The translations under genes and the position numbers were made by a program. A stretch of 64,000 bases of DNA from Myxococcales bacterium (GTDB lineage: Bacteria > Desulfobacterota > Binatia > HRBIN30): the NCBI GenBank assembly GCA_037445065.1, contig JBBILD010000019.1, positions 1 to 64,000 of the forward strand. Reading direction: 5' to 3'. Below, in pieces: positions 9,889-19,160 of the stretch. Position 1 is the stretch's first letter. The number at the start of each line of letters is the position of its first letter. The notes beneath the pieces were generated by a model, which saw only the letters and a program-made list of their open reading frames with translations, did not search any database and had not been told where the DNA came from.

Positions 9889-11367
9889 GTGAATTGCGCC
9901 CTGGTTCGCCTTTGTTTCCTGCGCTTGCTCGGAGCTGTCTATCTGATCGCCTTCTTGTCTCTGGCAGCGCAGGTACTGGTGTTGCTCGGAAGCGAGGGCT
10001 TGCAGCCGGCTTGCACGTTCTTGCAAGCAGTCCGCTTGCAGGCGGCGTGGTGGCAACTGCCAACGCTGTTCCACTTCGCCTGCAGTGATTCGATCTTGCT
10101 GCATGCCGCGGTCGTCGGCGCGACCTTGAGCCTTCTATTGCTGTTTGGGGTTTTGCCACGCATCACACTGCTCGGGCTGTGGTGTTTGTATCTCTCCTTT
10201 GTCTCTGGTGGTCGGGTGTTCTTCGCGTTTCAGTGGGACAACTTGCTGCTCGAGGCCACCTTCTTTGCCCTTTTCGTCGCACCCTGGCGGGGTCGGGGTC
10301 TGGGTGCGCAGCCACCGCACCCAGCCGCGGTGTTTTTGTTTCGCTGGTTGCTGTTGCGGCTGCACGTGGAATCGGGGCTGGCCAAACTGTTGAGCGGCGA
10401 TCCGAGCTGGCACGACCTGACCGCCATGGCCACGTACTACGAGACCGCACCCCTGCCCACGTGCCTTGCCTGGTTTGCGCACCAGTTGCCGCTCACTTTC
10501 CATCGAGCCTCGAGCGCCGCAGTGCTTCTGGCCGAGCTGGTGGTCCCTTTCGGCCTGTTTGGGCCGCGGCGGCTCCGCCGCTGGACGGTCGGCGTCCTGC
10601 TCGGGTTGCAGAGTGCCATTGTTGCAACTGCCAACTACGGTTTTTTCAACTACCTGACCATGGCACTCTGCCTATGGGGGCTGGACGATGACGACCTCAG
10701 AGGCTTCCGGCTTTGGCTGCCGGATGCGAGCACGGCGGGTTGCACACCTCGAGTGGAGCAGCGTGTGCGGCCGCGGGTCCTTTGGTTACTGGCTTCCCTG
10801 CTTGCCGCCGTTTCTCTCGTGCCGTTTTTCTCGTTTGTTCCGCGCCTAAAGGACCGGGCTCTTGGCCTGCGCGCAGTGCTCGAGCCGTGGCGCACACTGA
10901 ATGCGTACCACCTCTTTGCCGCGATGACATACGTGCGGCGCGAAGCGGTGCTGGAAATCTCCGAGGACGCGCGCAACTGGCGGGAGCTTCACTTTCGGTA
11001 CAAACCAGGTGACCCGCGCTCCTCTCCCCCCTTCGTTGCCCCCCACCAGCCTCGCGTGGATTTCCAGCTTTGGTTCCTGTTGCTGCGAGGCGAACCGCGA
11101 GCGCCCTATTTTTTCTCGCTGCTGGAAGCAGTGCTGTCTCGCCCGTGGGTTGTGGCGCCCCTGTTTGCCGATTTTCCTGTGCAGCGGCCGCCGCGTTTTG
11201 TGCGCGTGGCGGTCTATCAGTACCGGTTCAGCGATTGGAGCACCGGCTGGCGGGAAGGAGTCTGGTGGGTGCGGGAGCGGTTGGGCGAAAGCCAGCCGTT
11301 TGTCCCCACCCATGGCGGAGCACCCTTGTTTCCGGTGCGGGCTGACCGTACAAGGTCGGGCGGATAA
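9889..11367 (+). CDS. Lipase maturation factor (LMF) family membrane protein
   Basis: FQWDNLLLE, YYETAPLP, TANYGFFNYL, YKPGDP and PHQPRVDFQLWF motifs. Confidence 0.88.
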   Translation: MNCALVRLCFLRLLGAVYLIAFLSLAAQVLVLLGSEGLQPACTFLQAVRLQAAWWQLPTLFHFACSDSILLHAAVVGATLSLLLLFGVLPRITLLGLWCLYLSFVSGGRVFFAFQWDNLLLEATFFALFVAPWRGRGLGAQPPHPAAVFLFRWLLLRLHVESGLAKLLSGDPSWHDLTAMATYYETAPLPTCLAWFAHQLPLTFHRASSAAVLLAELVVPFGLFGPRRLRRWTVGVLLGLQSAIVATANYGFFNYLTMALCLWGLDDDDLRGFRLWLPDASTAGCTPRVEQRVRPRVLWLLASLLAAVSLVPFFSFVPRLKDRALGLRAVLEPWRTLNAYHLFAAMTYVRREAVLEISEDARNWRELHFRYKPGDPRSSPPFVAPHQPRVDFQLWFLLLRGEPRAPYFFSLLEAVLSRPWVVAPLFADFPVQRPPRFVRVAVYQYRFSDWSTGWREGVWWVRERLGESQPFVPTHGGAPLFPVRADRTRSGG

Positions 11368-11399
11368 CGCCCGCCGAGGGCGGAATGAGGAGAACCAAC

Positions 11400-12593
11400 A
11401 TGGCGACAGGCTATCTACGATTCGGAATCTTTCTTGCCCCCTTCCACCCGGTGGGCCAAAACCCCACCCTCGCTCTGCAGCGGGACTTTGAGCTGATCGA
11501 GTGGCTGGACCGCCTCGGTTACGACGAAGCGTGGATTGGGGAGCATCACTCGGCGGGCTACGAAATCATCGCTTCCCCGGAGGTGTTCATCGCCGCCGCT
11601 GCGGAACGGACGCGCCGCATCAAGCTGGGGACTGGTGTGGTCTCGTTGCCTTATCACCACCCGCTCATGGTGGCGGATCGGATCATGCAGCTCGACCATC
11701 AAACGCGCGGACGCGTGATGTTTGGCGTAGGGCCGGGGGCGCTACCGTCCGACGCGTTCATGATGGGGATCCCGGTAGACCGGCAGCGCGACATGATGGA
11801 TGAAGCGCTGGCTGCCTTAGTGCCGCTGCTCCGCGGCGAAACCGTTACCATGGAGACGGACTGGTTTCGCTTGCGTGACGCTCGCCTGCAGCTCGCCCCG
11901 TACACCAAGCCGCACGTCGAGATCGCAGTGGCCTCGCAAGTCTCCCCCGCAGGTGCGCGCGCGGCGGGGAAATACGGGCTAAGCCTCCTCTCCTTAGGGG
12001 CTACCACCACGGGTGGGTTCAACGCCTTGGCTTCGAACTGGGAGATTTGCGAGGAGAAGGCGCGCGAACATGGCCAAGTGGTGCGCAGAGAAAACTGGCG
12101 CCTGGTAGGCCCGGTGCACCTTGCGGAAACGCGGGAAAAAGCCCGGGAGAACGTGAAGTTCGGACTGGAGGCCTGGCTGGCGTACTTCCGCGAAGTGGCG
12201 GCACTGCCTCTTGCACCTGAGGGGCCCATTGATGACGTGGTAGACGCAATCATCGCCACCGGCTTGGCCGTCATTGGCACGCCCGACGACGCCATCGCAC
12301 AGATCCGGAGGTTGCAAGACCAGTCGGGCGGTTTCGGTTGCTTCTTGCAAATGGCGCACGAGTGGGCGGATCGAGAGGCGACCCTGAAGAGCTACGAGTT
12401 GTTCGCCCGCTACGTGATGCCGCACTTCCAAGGGGCCATCGAACCGCCGGTTCGCTCGCGGGATTGGGCGGCAGAAAACCGCGCTACGTTTATCGGTGCG
12501 GCGATGCAAGCCATTATGGAACAGATCTCGCGTCACCAGCGAGAGCAGGAAGAAAAGAAGCAGGCAGAGCAGGTCCGGAAGACCGGTTCCTAG
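11400..12593 (+). CDS. Luciferase-like (LLM) flavin-dependent monooxygenase, limonene 1,2-monooxygenase-like
   Basis: GAGGAG RBS; RFGIFLAPFH, WIGEHHS and LGTGVVSLPYHHP motifs. Confidence 0.88.
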   Translation: MATGYLRFGIFLAPFHPVGQNPTLALQRDFELIEWLDRLGYDEAWIGEHHSAGYEIIASPEVFIAAAAERTRRIKLGTGVVSLPYHHPLMVADRIMQLDHQTRGRVMFGVGPGALPSDAFMMGIPVDRQRDMMDEALAALVPLLRGETVTMETDWFRLRDARLQLAPYTKPHVEIAVASQVSPAGARAAGKYGLSLLSLGATTTGGFNALASNWEICEEKAREHGQVVRRENWRLVGPVHLAETREKARENVKFGLEAWLAYFREVAALPLAPEGPIDDVVDAIIATGLAVIGTPDDAIAQIRRLQDQSGGFGCFLQMAHEWADREATLKSYELFARYVMPHFQGAIEPPVRSRDWAAENRATFIGAAMQAIMEQISRHQREQEEKKQAEQVRKTGS

Positions 12594-12649
12594 TTGCTGC
12601 TGTTTGGCGGCTAGCCTCTGCCTGAGGCCGCGTCTTGGGAGCCTGCTCG

Positions 12650-13414
12650 TTAGCGGTTGTCGCCGAACTGGGCGATGAGCCGCAAGGAGACTAGAGGGCG
12701 GCGGAGATGGGGGGCGAGCAGTCGGGCGACAATCTCGCCCGCTTCGCTGCGCAGCGCTGCCGGCAAGTCTTTTTGTTGTGCCTGTGCGAGAGAAATCCGC
12801 TTGAGAGCTTCGAGTCGCTCGAGAGTGGCGCTCTCCACGGCCACAGCGCTGGCGCTCGTGTGTTCGCGGCATTGGCGACAAAAAGGGGCTGCGAGTTCCG
12901 GGTCGAACACCGCGGTCTCGTTCGAGGTAAACGGGCGCTCGCACCTCTTGCAGGCGTGGAATCGGGGTTCGTAACCGCTGCGGGCGAGGAGCTGAAGTTC
13001 GAACGCGCGCAGGAAGGCGGCTGTTGCCGGTCCGGACAAAAGACACCCGAGACCACTGTCGAGCAAGGAGAACAGCTCCGGAACCGGTTGGCCTTCTAGA
13101 CTGAGCTGATCAACCAACTCGAGCAAATAGTGGCCATAAGCGAGTTTGTTCGGTTGAGAGAAAGCGGAGGCTGCCTGGCGCAAATCACAGCTCTCCAAGA
13201 ACACGAGGCTCCGTTGCGGCCGCACCCGGTAGTGAACTCGAACGCGACTCAGGGGGTGCAAACAATTAGGAAAGCGGCGGCGCGAATTCTTGGCCCCCTT
13301 GGCGATACCGGTAAGCTTCCCCGCTGCATCGGTGAGAAAGGTGACAATGAGGTCCGACTCGCCATACGGCCGGCTGCGAAGAACAATGGCCTCGTGCGAA
13401 AGCGACGGTGTCAC
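12650..13414 (-). CDS. recO: DNA repair protein RecO
   Basis: AIVLR..YGESDLIV, GIAKGAKNSRRRF, and zinc-binding CxxC...CxxC. Confidence 0.93.
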   Translation of the reverse strand: MTPSLSHEAIVLRSRPYGESDLIVTFLTDAAGKLTGIAKGAKNSRRRFPNCLHPLSRVRVHYRVRPQRSLVFLESCDLRQAASAFSQPNKLAYGHYLLELVDQLSLEGQPVPELFSLLDSGLGCLLSGPATAAFLRAFELQLLARSGYEPRFHACKRCERPFTSNETAVFDPELAAPFCRQCREHTSASAVAVESATLERLEALKRISLAQAQQKDLPAALRSEAGEIVARLLAPHLRRPLVSLRLIAQFGDNR

Positions 13415-13442
13415 CTCCTCTTCCTTAGTGCGCGTCCTGTGC

Positions 13443-13471
13443 TTGACAAGGGTGGCACGCGGCCTTAGCTT
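13443..13471 (+). promoter_or_regulatory. Candidate sigma70 promoter for grpE-dnaK-dnaJ
   Basis: TTGACA-N17-TAGCTT in the recO/grpE divergent gap. Confidence 0.6.
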
Positions 13472-13582
13472 GCGCCGCGCTTTCTCGGCGCGGCCATTGT
13501 GGTCGCCGTGGTGGAAAGAGGCAGTGCGACGGGTTGTGCCCGCCCTCTCGCGGGGCCGCGGATGAGAGACAACACAGAAACC

Positions 13583-14206
13583 ATGACCGATCCATTGGAG
13601 AAAGAAAAGCGAGCCAACGGAGTTAGCGAAAACGGGGACGACGCCGCACCGCAGTCCGCGCAGTCATCGGCGGACGCCGAACTTGCTGGCTTGCGCGAGC
13701 GCATACGGGAACTGGAACTGGAGGTTGAGGAAGCGCGCAAAGCCTACCTGTACGAGCGCGCGGAGCTGGAAAACTTCAAGAAGAGAATGCAGCGGGAGAG
13801 GGCAGAGCTGCTCCGTTACGCCAGTGAACCGTTGATTCGGGACCTGCTTCCGGTCGTGGACAATCTCGAACGGGCTCTCCAGCATGCCCGTAGTGGTGAG
13901 CAATCGATCATCGAGGGCGTCGAACTCACGCTCAAGATGTTCCTCGAAGCGCTGAGCCGCCACGGTGTGAGCCGGGTCGAGGCAGCAGGCGAGGTCTTCG
14001 ACCCTACCCGTCACGAGGCGGTGGCACATGTAGAGTCGGCCGAGCACGAGGCCAATCGGGTCACCGAGCAGCACCAGGTGGGCTACCTGCTGCACGACCG
14101 GCTTTTGCGGCCGGCACTGGTCAGCGTAGGCCGTGGGCGGGGTGAGACGAGCGGCACGGGACCTGGAGCGGGGCAGCCTGTTGTCAGCAATGGAAACAGT
14201 GATTAA
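13583..14206 (+). CDS. grpE: Nucleotide exchange factor GrpE
   Basis: AELENFKKR, LLPVVDNLERAL, FDPTRHEAV, GYLLHDRLLRPA. Alternative start at 13562. Confidence 0.95.
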   Translation: MTDPLEKEKRANGVSENGDDAAPQSAQSSADAELAGLRERIRELELEVEEARKAYLYERAELENFKKRMQRERAELLRYASEPLIRDLLPVVDNLERALQHARSGEQSIIEGVELTLKMFLEALSRHGVSRVEAAGEVFDPTRHEAVAHVESAEHEANRVTEQHQVGYLLHDRLLRPALVSVGRGRGETSGTGPGAGQPVVSNGNSD

Positions 14207-14263
14207 CGGCTCGGGGCGATGTGTTCCAAGCGAAACCGGCCCGTGCGGAGGAGATAAGACACC

Positions 14264-16189
14264 ATGAGCAAAGTGATTGGAATTGACCTGGGAACTACGA
14301 ATTCTTGCGTCGCGATCATGGAGGGTGGAGAGCCCAAAGTGATCCCCAACTCGGAAGGGGGGCGAACCACACCCTCGGTGGTCGCGTTTACGGACTCGGG
14401 GGAAATCTTGGTAGGGCAAATCGCCTACCGCCAGGCAATCACGAATCCGGAAAACACCATTTTCGCAGTCAAGCGGCTGATGGGCCGCAAGTACGACGAC
14501 CCAGAAGTCCAGAAAGCCATGAAGGTACTGCCCTACAAGATCGTGCGGGCAGACAACGGCGATGCTTGGGTGGAGGTGCGCGGCAAGCGGTACAGCCCTC
14601 CGGAAATTTCCGCCTTCATCTTGCAGAAGATGAAACGCACGGCCGAAGACTACCTGGGCGAAACCGTTACCGAGGCGGTGATTACCGTTCCGGCGTACTT
14701 CAACGATAGCCAGCGGCAGGCGACCAAGGATGCGGGCCGGATCGCTGGGCTCAACGTCTTGCGCATCATCAATGAGCCGACTGCGGCTTCGTTGGCGTAC
14801 GGTTTGGACAAGAAAAAGGATGAGAAGATTGCCGTCTTTGACCTCGGCGGCGGTACCTTTGACATCTCGATCCTGGAGATCGGGGACGGTGTTTTCGAGG
14901 TAAAGGCAACCAACGGCGACACGTTCTTGGGTGGGGTGGACTTCGACCAGCGGATTATCGAGTACTTGGCGGACGAGTTCTTGAAGGACCACGGCATTGA
15001 CTTGCGCAAAGATCGGATGGCTTTGCAGCGGCTCAAAGAGGCGGCCGAAAAGGCAAAGTGCGAGCTGTCCGTGTCGATGGAGACGGATATCAACCTGCCT
15101 TTCATCACCGCCGATGCATCGGGTCCGAAACACCTGCACATGAAACTCACCCGTTCGAAGCTCGAAGCCCTGTGTGCGGATTTGCTCGACCGCCTCGAGG
15201 GCCCGTGCCTGCAGGCGCTGAAAGATGCAGGTCTCAGCGCAAGCGACATTGATGAAGTCATTTTGGTCGGCGGGATGACCCGCATGCCGGCTGTCCAGGC
15301 GCGGGTCAAGAAACTCTTCGGGAAAGAACCGCACAAGGGCGTGAATCCGGACGAAGTGGTCGCGGTCGGAGCGGCAATTCAAGCCGGCGTGCTCAAGGGC
15401 GAAGTGAAGGACGTGTTGCTCTTAGACGTGACACCACTCTCACTGGGGATCGAAACCCTGGGCGGGGTGTTCACCAAACTGATCGAGCGCAATACCACAA
15501 TCCCCACCCGCAAGAGCCAGATTTTCTCGACCGCGACCGATAACCAGACTGCCGTGACCATTCGCGTCTACCAGGGCGAGCGGGAAATGGCTGCCGACAA
15601 CAAGTTGCTCGGCCAGTTCGACCTTGTCGGCATTCCCCCGGCGCCCCGCGGCGTGCCGCAGATCGAGGTCACGTTCGACATTGACGCGAACGGGATCGTG
15701 CACGTGACCGCTAAGGACCTAGGCACGGGAAAGGAGCAATCCATCCGCATTACCGCTTCGAGCGGCCTCACGGAGGAAGAGATCAAGCGGATGATCAAAG
15801 AGGCCGAGATGCATGCCGCCGAGGACCGCAAGCGGCGCGAGACGGCCGAGGTGCGCAACCAGCTCGACGCTCTTGTCTATCAGACCGAGAAGTCGCTCAA
15901 GGAGCATGGAGAGAGCCTCGACGCGGGCACGCGCAGCAACATCGAAGAAGCGCTGGCCGAGGCGAAAAAGGTGCTGGAAGGGAACGATGCGCAAGCGATG
16001 CGGCAAGCGAACGAACGTTTGACGCAGGCGGCCCACAAGCTCGCGGAGGTAGTCTACGCGAAGGCACGCTCGGCCGGGACTGGCAGCGGGGCGGCTGCGG
16101 GCGGGGATCGTGGGGCTCAGGGTGCGCAGCCTTCTGGCGGGCGCGATGATGCGGTGGACGCTGACTTCGAGGAAGTCAAAGGTTCTTGA
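14264..16189 (+). CDS. dnaK: Chaperone DnaK
   Basis: [26 protein letters not shown], and C-terminal DADFEEV. Confidence 0.99.
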   Translation: MSKVIGIDLGTTNSCVAIMEGGEPKVIPNSEGGRTTPSVVAFTDSGEILVGQIAYRQAITNPENTIFAVKRLMGRKYDDPEVQKAMKVLPYKIVRADNGDAWVEVRGKRYSPPEISAFILQKMKRTAEDYLGETVTEAVITVPAYFNDSQRQATKDAGRIAGLNVLRIINEPTAASLAYGLDKKKDEKIAVFDLGGGTFDISILEIGDGVFEVKATNGDTFLGGVDFDQRIIEYLADEFLKDHGIDLRKDRMALQRLKEAAEKAKCELSVSMETDINLPFITADASGPKHLHMKLTRSKLEALCADLLDRLEGPCLQALKDAGLSASDIDEVILVGGMTRMPAVQARVKKLFGKEPHKGVNPDEVVAVGAAIQAGVLKGEVKDVLLLDVTPLSLGIETLGGVFTKLIERNTTIPTRKSQIFSTATDNQTAVTIRVYQGEREMAADNKLLGQFDLVGIPPAPRGVPQIEVTFDIDANGIVHVTAKDLGTGKEQSIRITASSGLTEEEIKRMIKEAEMHAAEDRKRRETAEVRNQLDALVYQTEKSLKEHGESLDAGTRSNIEEALAEAKKVLEGNDAQAMRQANERLTQAAHKLAEVVYAKARSAGTGSGAAAGGDRGAQGAQPSGGRDDAVDADFEEVKGS

Positions 16190-16226
16190 ACGCAACCTCC
16201 GTCTTTGGAGTGGAACTTCTGGGCGC

Positions 16227-16260
16227 AAAAGCCCTCTCTCGACGCTGAGAGAGGGCTTTT
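16227..16260. terminator. Intrinsic terminator/attenuator hairpin between dnaK and dnaJ
   Basis: Perfect 14-bp inverted repeat AAAAGCCCTCTCTC-GACGCT-GAGAGAGGGCTTTT. Confidence 0.8.
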
Positions 16261-16287
16261 GTATGTTCGCGCGGAGGTAACGGAGCC

Positions 16288-17403
16288 GTGCCAGGAAAGG
16301 GCGATTACTACGAGATCCTGGGGGTGAGCCGTTCGGCTTCCGAGGAGGAAATCAAGAAGGCGTACCGGAAGCTGGCGCTCAAGTACCACCCGGACCGCAA
16401 CCCGGGGGACAAGTCCGCGGAGGAAAAATTCAAGGAGATTTCCGAGGCGTACCAGGTTTTGAGCGACCCGGAAAAGCGAGCCCAGTACGACCGCTTTGGG
16501 CACGCCGCCTTCGAACAGGGCGCTGGCTTTAGCGGCGGCTTCGATTTCGGCGCCAGTACCTTCGACGACCTGTTCGGCGAAATTTTTGGAGACTTTTTTG
16601 GCGGCGGCCGTGGCCGGGGGCGAAGCCGCGCGCGTCGCGGGGAGGACCTGCGCTATGACCTCGAACTCAGCTTCGAGGAAGCCGTGTTTGGAACGACCAA
16701 AACCATCCACGTGCCTCGGGTAGCGACGTGCGAAGCGTGCCGCGGGCGGGGGACACGGGATGGCGCGGAGCGCGCCACCTGCACTGCCTGCCGGGGCAGC
16801 GGGCAGATCCGCTTCCAGCAGGGGTTTTTCACGATCGCCCGCACCTGTAATCAGTGCGGGGGACAGGGGACCGTGATCCGCGATCCGTGCCGCACGTGCG
16901 GCGGGCAGGGCGTGGTCGAAAAGGCGCACGCCTTGCGCGTGCATGTGCCTGCCGGCGTGGATACCGGCACGCGGCTCAAACTGCGTGGGGAGGGTGGTGC
17001 CGGCCGCAACGGTGGTCCTCCAGGAGATTTGTACGTCGTAATCCAGGTGCAGCCGCATCCTCTGTTTACCCGTCAAGGACAGGACATTTTGTGCGAGGTG
17101 CCGGTCACGTTTCCCCAGGCTGCGCTCGGTGCCGAAATCGAAGTCCCGACCCTGGAGGGTAAAGTGAAAATGAAAGTTCCCCCCGGCACCCAGTCCGGCA
17201 CCGTATTTCGGTTGAAAGGGAAGGGCGTGCCTGGCATTCAAGGCGGGAAGGGAGACGAACTGGTGCGCGTGATCGTGGAGGTGCCTCGGAAGCTTTCTGC
17301 AAAGCAGCGCGAATTGCTGGAAGCGTTTGCCCGTGCGAGCGGGGAAGAGGTAAACCCGATGTCCAAGAGCTTCTTCGACAAGGTAAAGGAGATGTTCGAC
17401 TGA
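16288..17403 (+). CDS. dnaJ: Chaperone DnaJ
   Basis: J-domain with HPD, G/F-rich region, four CxxCxGxG repeats. Confidence 0.98.
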   Translation: MPGKGDYYEILGVSRSASEEEIKKAYRKLALKYHPDRNPGDKSAEEKFKEISEAYQVLSDPEKRAQYDRFGHAAFEQGAGFSGGFDFGASTFDDLFGEIFGDFFGGGRGRGRSRARRGEDLRYDLELSFEEAVFGTTKTIHVPRVATCEACRGRGTRDGAERATCTACRGSGQIRFQQGFFTIARTCNQCGGQGTVIRDPCRTCGGQGVVEKAHALRVHVPAGVDTGTRLKLRGEGGAGRNGGPPGDLYVVIQVQPHPLFTRQGQDILCEVPVTFPQAALGAEIEVPTLEGKVKMKVPPGTQSGTVFRLKGKGVPGIQGGKGDELVRVIVEVPRKLSAKQRELLEAFARASGEEVNPMSKSFFDKVKEMFD

Positions 17404-19154
17404 TGCGTGGAAGGCGCGGGAGGATTGCAGGGGCGCTGCTGGTCGGGGGATTTTGTGTGGGGCTTTGGGGTTGTGCAGCGAAGGTTCAGGCGCCGCCGGA
17501 ACCGCCAGGAACCGTGCGCAAGGCAGAGGAGGCTTTTCGCTTGCGCGACTATGAGCGCGCGGTGGAGTTGTACCGGACGTACGCGGATTTAGTCCGGCGG
17601 GATCCGTACGTTCCGCGGGTGTTGTACAAGGCTGCGCTGGCGCAGTTCCAGCTTGGGCGGTATGAGGATGCGCTGGCCACATTGCGGGACTTACAGGACC
17701 GCTACCCGAATCGGCGTTGGGTGCAGGTGGAAGCATTGCGCGGCGATGTGGAGGCGGCCCTGCAGCATCCACTAGCGGCCATTCACGCATGGGACAGTGC
17801 GTTTGCAGTGGCGCGGCCACCGGACGAGTCCAAACTGCGGCTGCGTGTTGCCACCGTGGCGGCAAAACTCAGCGAACAGGACCTGCGAGATGCGGCTGCC
17901 ACAGCAACCGCAAAACCAGTCCAGGAAATCCTCCTCGCGCAGCTTGCCCAGCGCGAACAGCCGGAGATCCCCGAGCCGTTACCGGAGTTCGCTGGCGCCG
18001 AGAGCGAAGGCGAGGCGCTCCCCGAGCTGGGGGTTGATGCCGAGCTTGCGGCCGCCGAACCTGTGGAGCCCGAAGCGGTTCCTGAACCAGGGGAAATCGC
18101 GGGCCACGAAGTGCTGCCCAAAGACTTCCGCGTCGGAGCACTGGTATCCGCGGGGGATAAAGCCGACTGGGTGGAAGCCGTACAAATGGTGTTAGGAGAC
18201 GAGGCAGTCGTGGAACAGCAAGCCCAACCCGGTGAGCTGAAGGCGAGCTGGGAAACCCTGCTTGCGGATCCTCGGGTGGCCGTGGTGTTTGTGGACGACA
18301 TTGGCGGGCACGACGCAGAACTCGCGCGGGAAGCCCGCCGCCGTGCTGTACCGGTGGTCGACCTTGCTGCTCGGGTGGAGGGCGGCCCACAACCATATTG
18401 GATTCGGGCCGGAGTCGGCCGTGGCACGGCGCTGTCGGTGTTGTTGGATTATGCGGTAAATCGAGCGCGGCTGCGCCGCTTCGGGATCGTATACCCCGAC
18501 ACGCTGGACGGGCACCAGTTCTTCCGCCAAGCACAGGCAGAGTTGGCCAGGCGGGGCGCGGTAGTGGTCGGGGCCGATGCATATGCCTCGGATGCGAAAA
18601 GTCTGACTGCCGGCCTCGTGCGTCGCTGGCGGGAGCGGGAAAACCTGCAAGCGCTATTGCTCTCGGACACGGTGACGGCGGCGGCTACCTTCGCTCGCTT
18701 CCTGCAGGCGGAGATGCCGGACATCCCCCTACTGGGAGTGGAAGACTGGAGTGCCCTTGGCCAGATGGTCCCGCAGGTGAGCGGCGTCTGGTTTGTCGCC
18801 CCGGCGCTGTGGAAAGGCCCAGAAGGGCAGCACTGGGCTGCGGAGTTCGAGAGCCGCACCGGCCGCCGACCCTCAGCACGCGCGGCGTTGGCTTACGAAG
18901 CAGCGCTGTGGATCAAGGAACTCATCAGCCGCGGCGGGGGCGAGGAGCCGCTCACTCGACAACGGCTGTGGCAAGCGATGGCCGAGCCAGGGGTCGTGCG
19001 CAGCCCTCTGGGCGAGGTGGAAGTGCGGGAGCAGCGTTTCGCCCGCAGCCCGGTGGTCGTGCAGTTTACCCGTGGGGAATTAGAAGTCGTGCCGGCCCCG
19101 GCTGCTGGGGAAGAGGCGGCCGAGGAGCACACACAAGTCAGCGCCGCTCCGTAA
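17403..19154 (+). CDS. Lipoprotein with TPR domain and periplasmic-binding-protein fold (LpoA/LppC-like)
   Basis: Lipobox LWGC, TPR-like helices, acidic linker, and type I PBP-like C-terminus (RFGIVYPD..G, FESRTGRRP...ALAYEA). TGATG coupling to dnaJ. Confidence 0.7.
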   Translation: MRGRRGRIAGALLVGGFCVGLWGCAAKVQAPPEPPGTVRKAEEAFRLRDYERAVELYRTYADLVRRDPYVPRVLYKAALAQFQLGRYEDALATLRDLQDRYPNRRWVQVEALRGDVEAALQHPLAAIHAWDSAFAVARPPDESKLRLRVATVAAKLSEQDLRDAAATATAKPVQEILLAQLAQREQPEIPEPLPEFAGAESEGEALPELGVDAELAAAEPVEPEAVPEPGEIAGHEVLPKDFRVGALVSAGDKADWVEAVQMVLGDEAVVEQQAQPGELKASWETLLADPRVAVVFVDDIGGHDAELAREARRRAVPVVDLAARVEGGPQPYWIRAGVGRGTALSVLLDYAVNRARLRRFGIVYPDTLDGHQFFRQAQAELARRGAVVVGADAYASDAKSLTAGLVRRWRERENLQALLLSDTVTAAATFARFLQAEMPDIPLLGVEDWSALGQMVPQVSGVWFVAPALWKGPEGQHWAAEFESRTGRRPSARAALAYEAALWIKELISRGGGEEPLTRQRLWQAMAEPGVVRSPLGEVEVREQRFARSPVVVQFTRGELEVVPAPAAGEEAAEEHTQVSAAP

Positions 19155-19160
19155 CAGCAC

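Noticed and set aside
13452..13478. Possible CIRCE element before grpE
   Set aside because: Left arm matches 6/9 and right arm only 3/9 of TTAGCACTC-N9-GAGTGCTAA.
13664..15382. 572-aa ORF antisense to grpE/dnaK
   Set aside because: Well-known antisense shadow frame of dnaK caused by codon bias.
16117..17865. 582-aa minus-strand ORF over dnaJ
   Set aside because: Antisense shadow of a confident gene, with no recognisable motifs.
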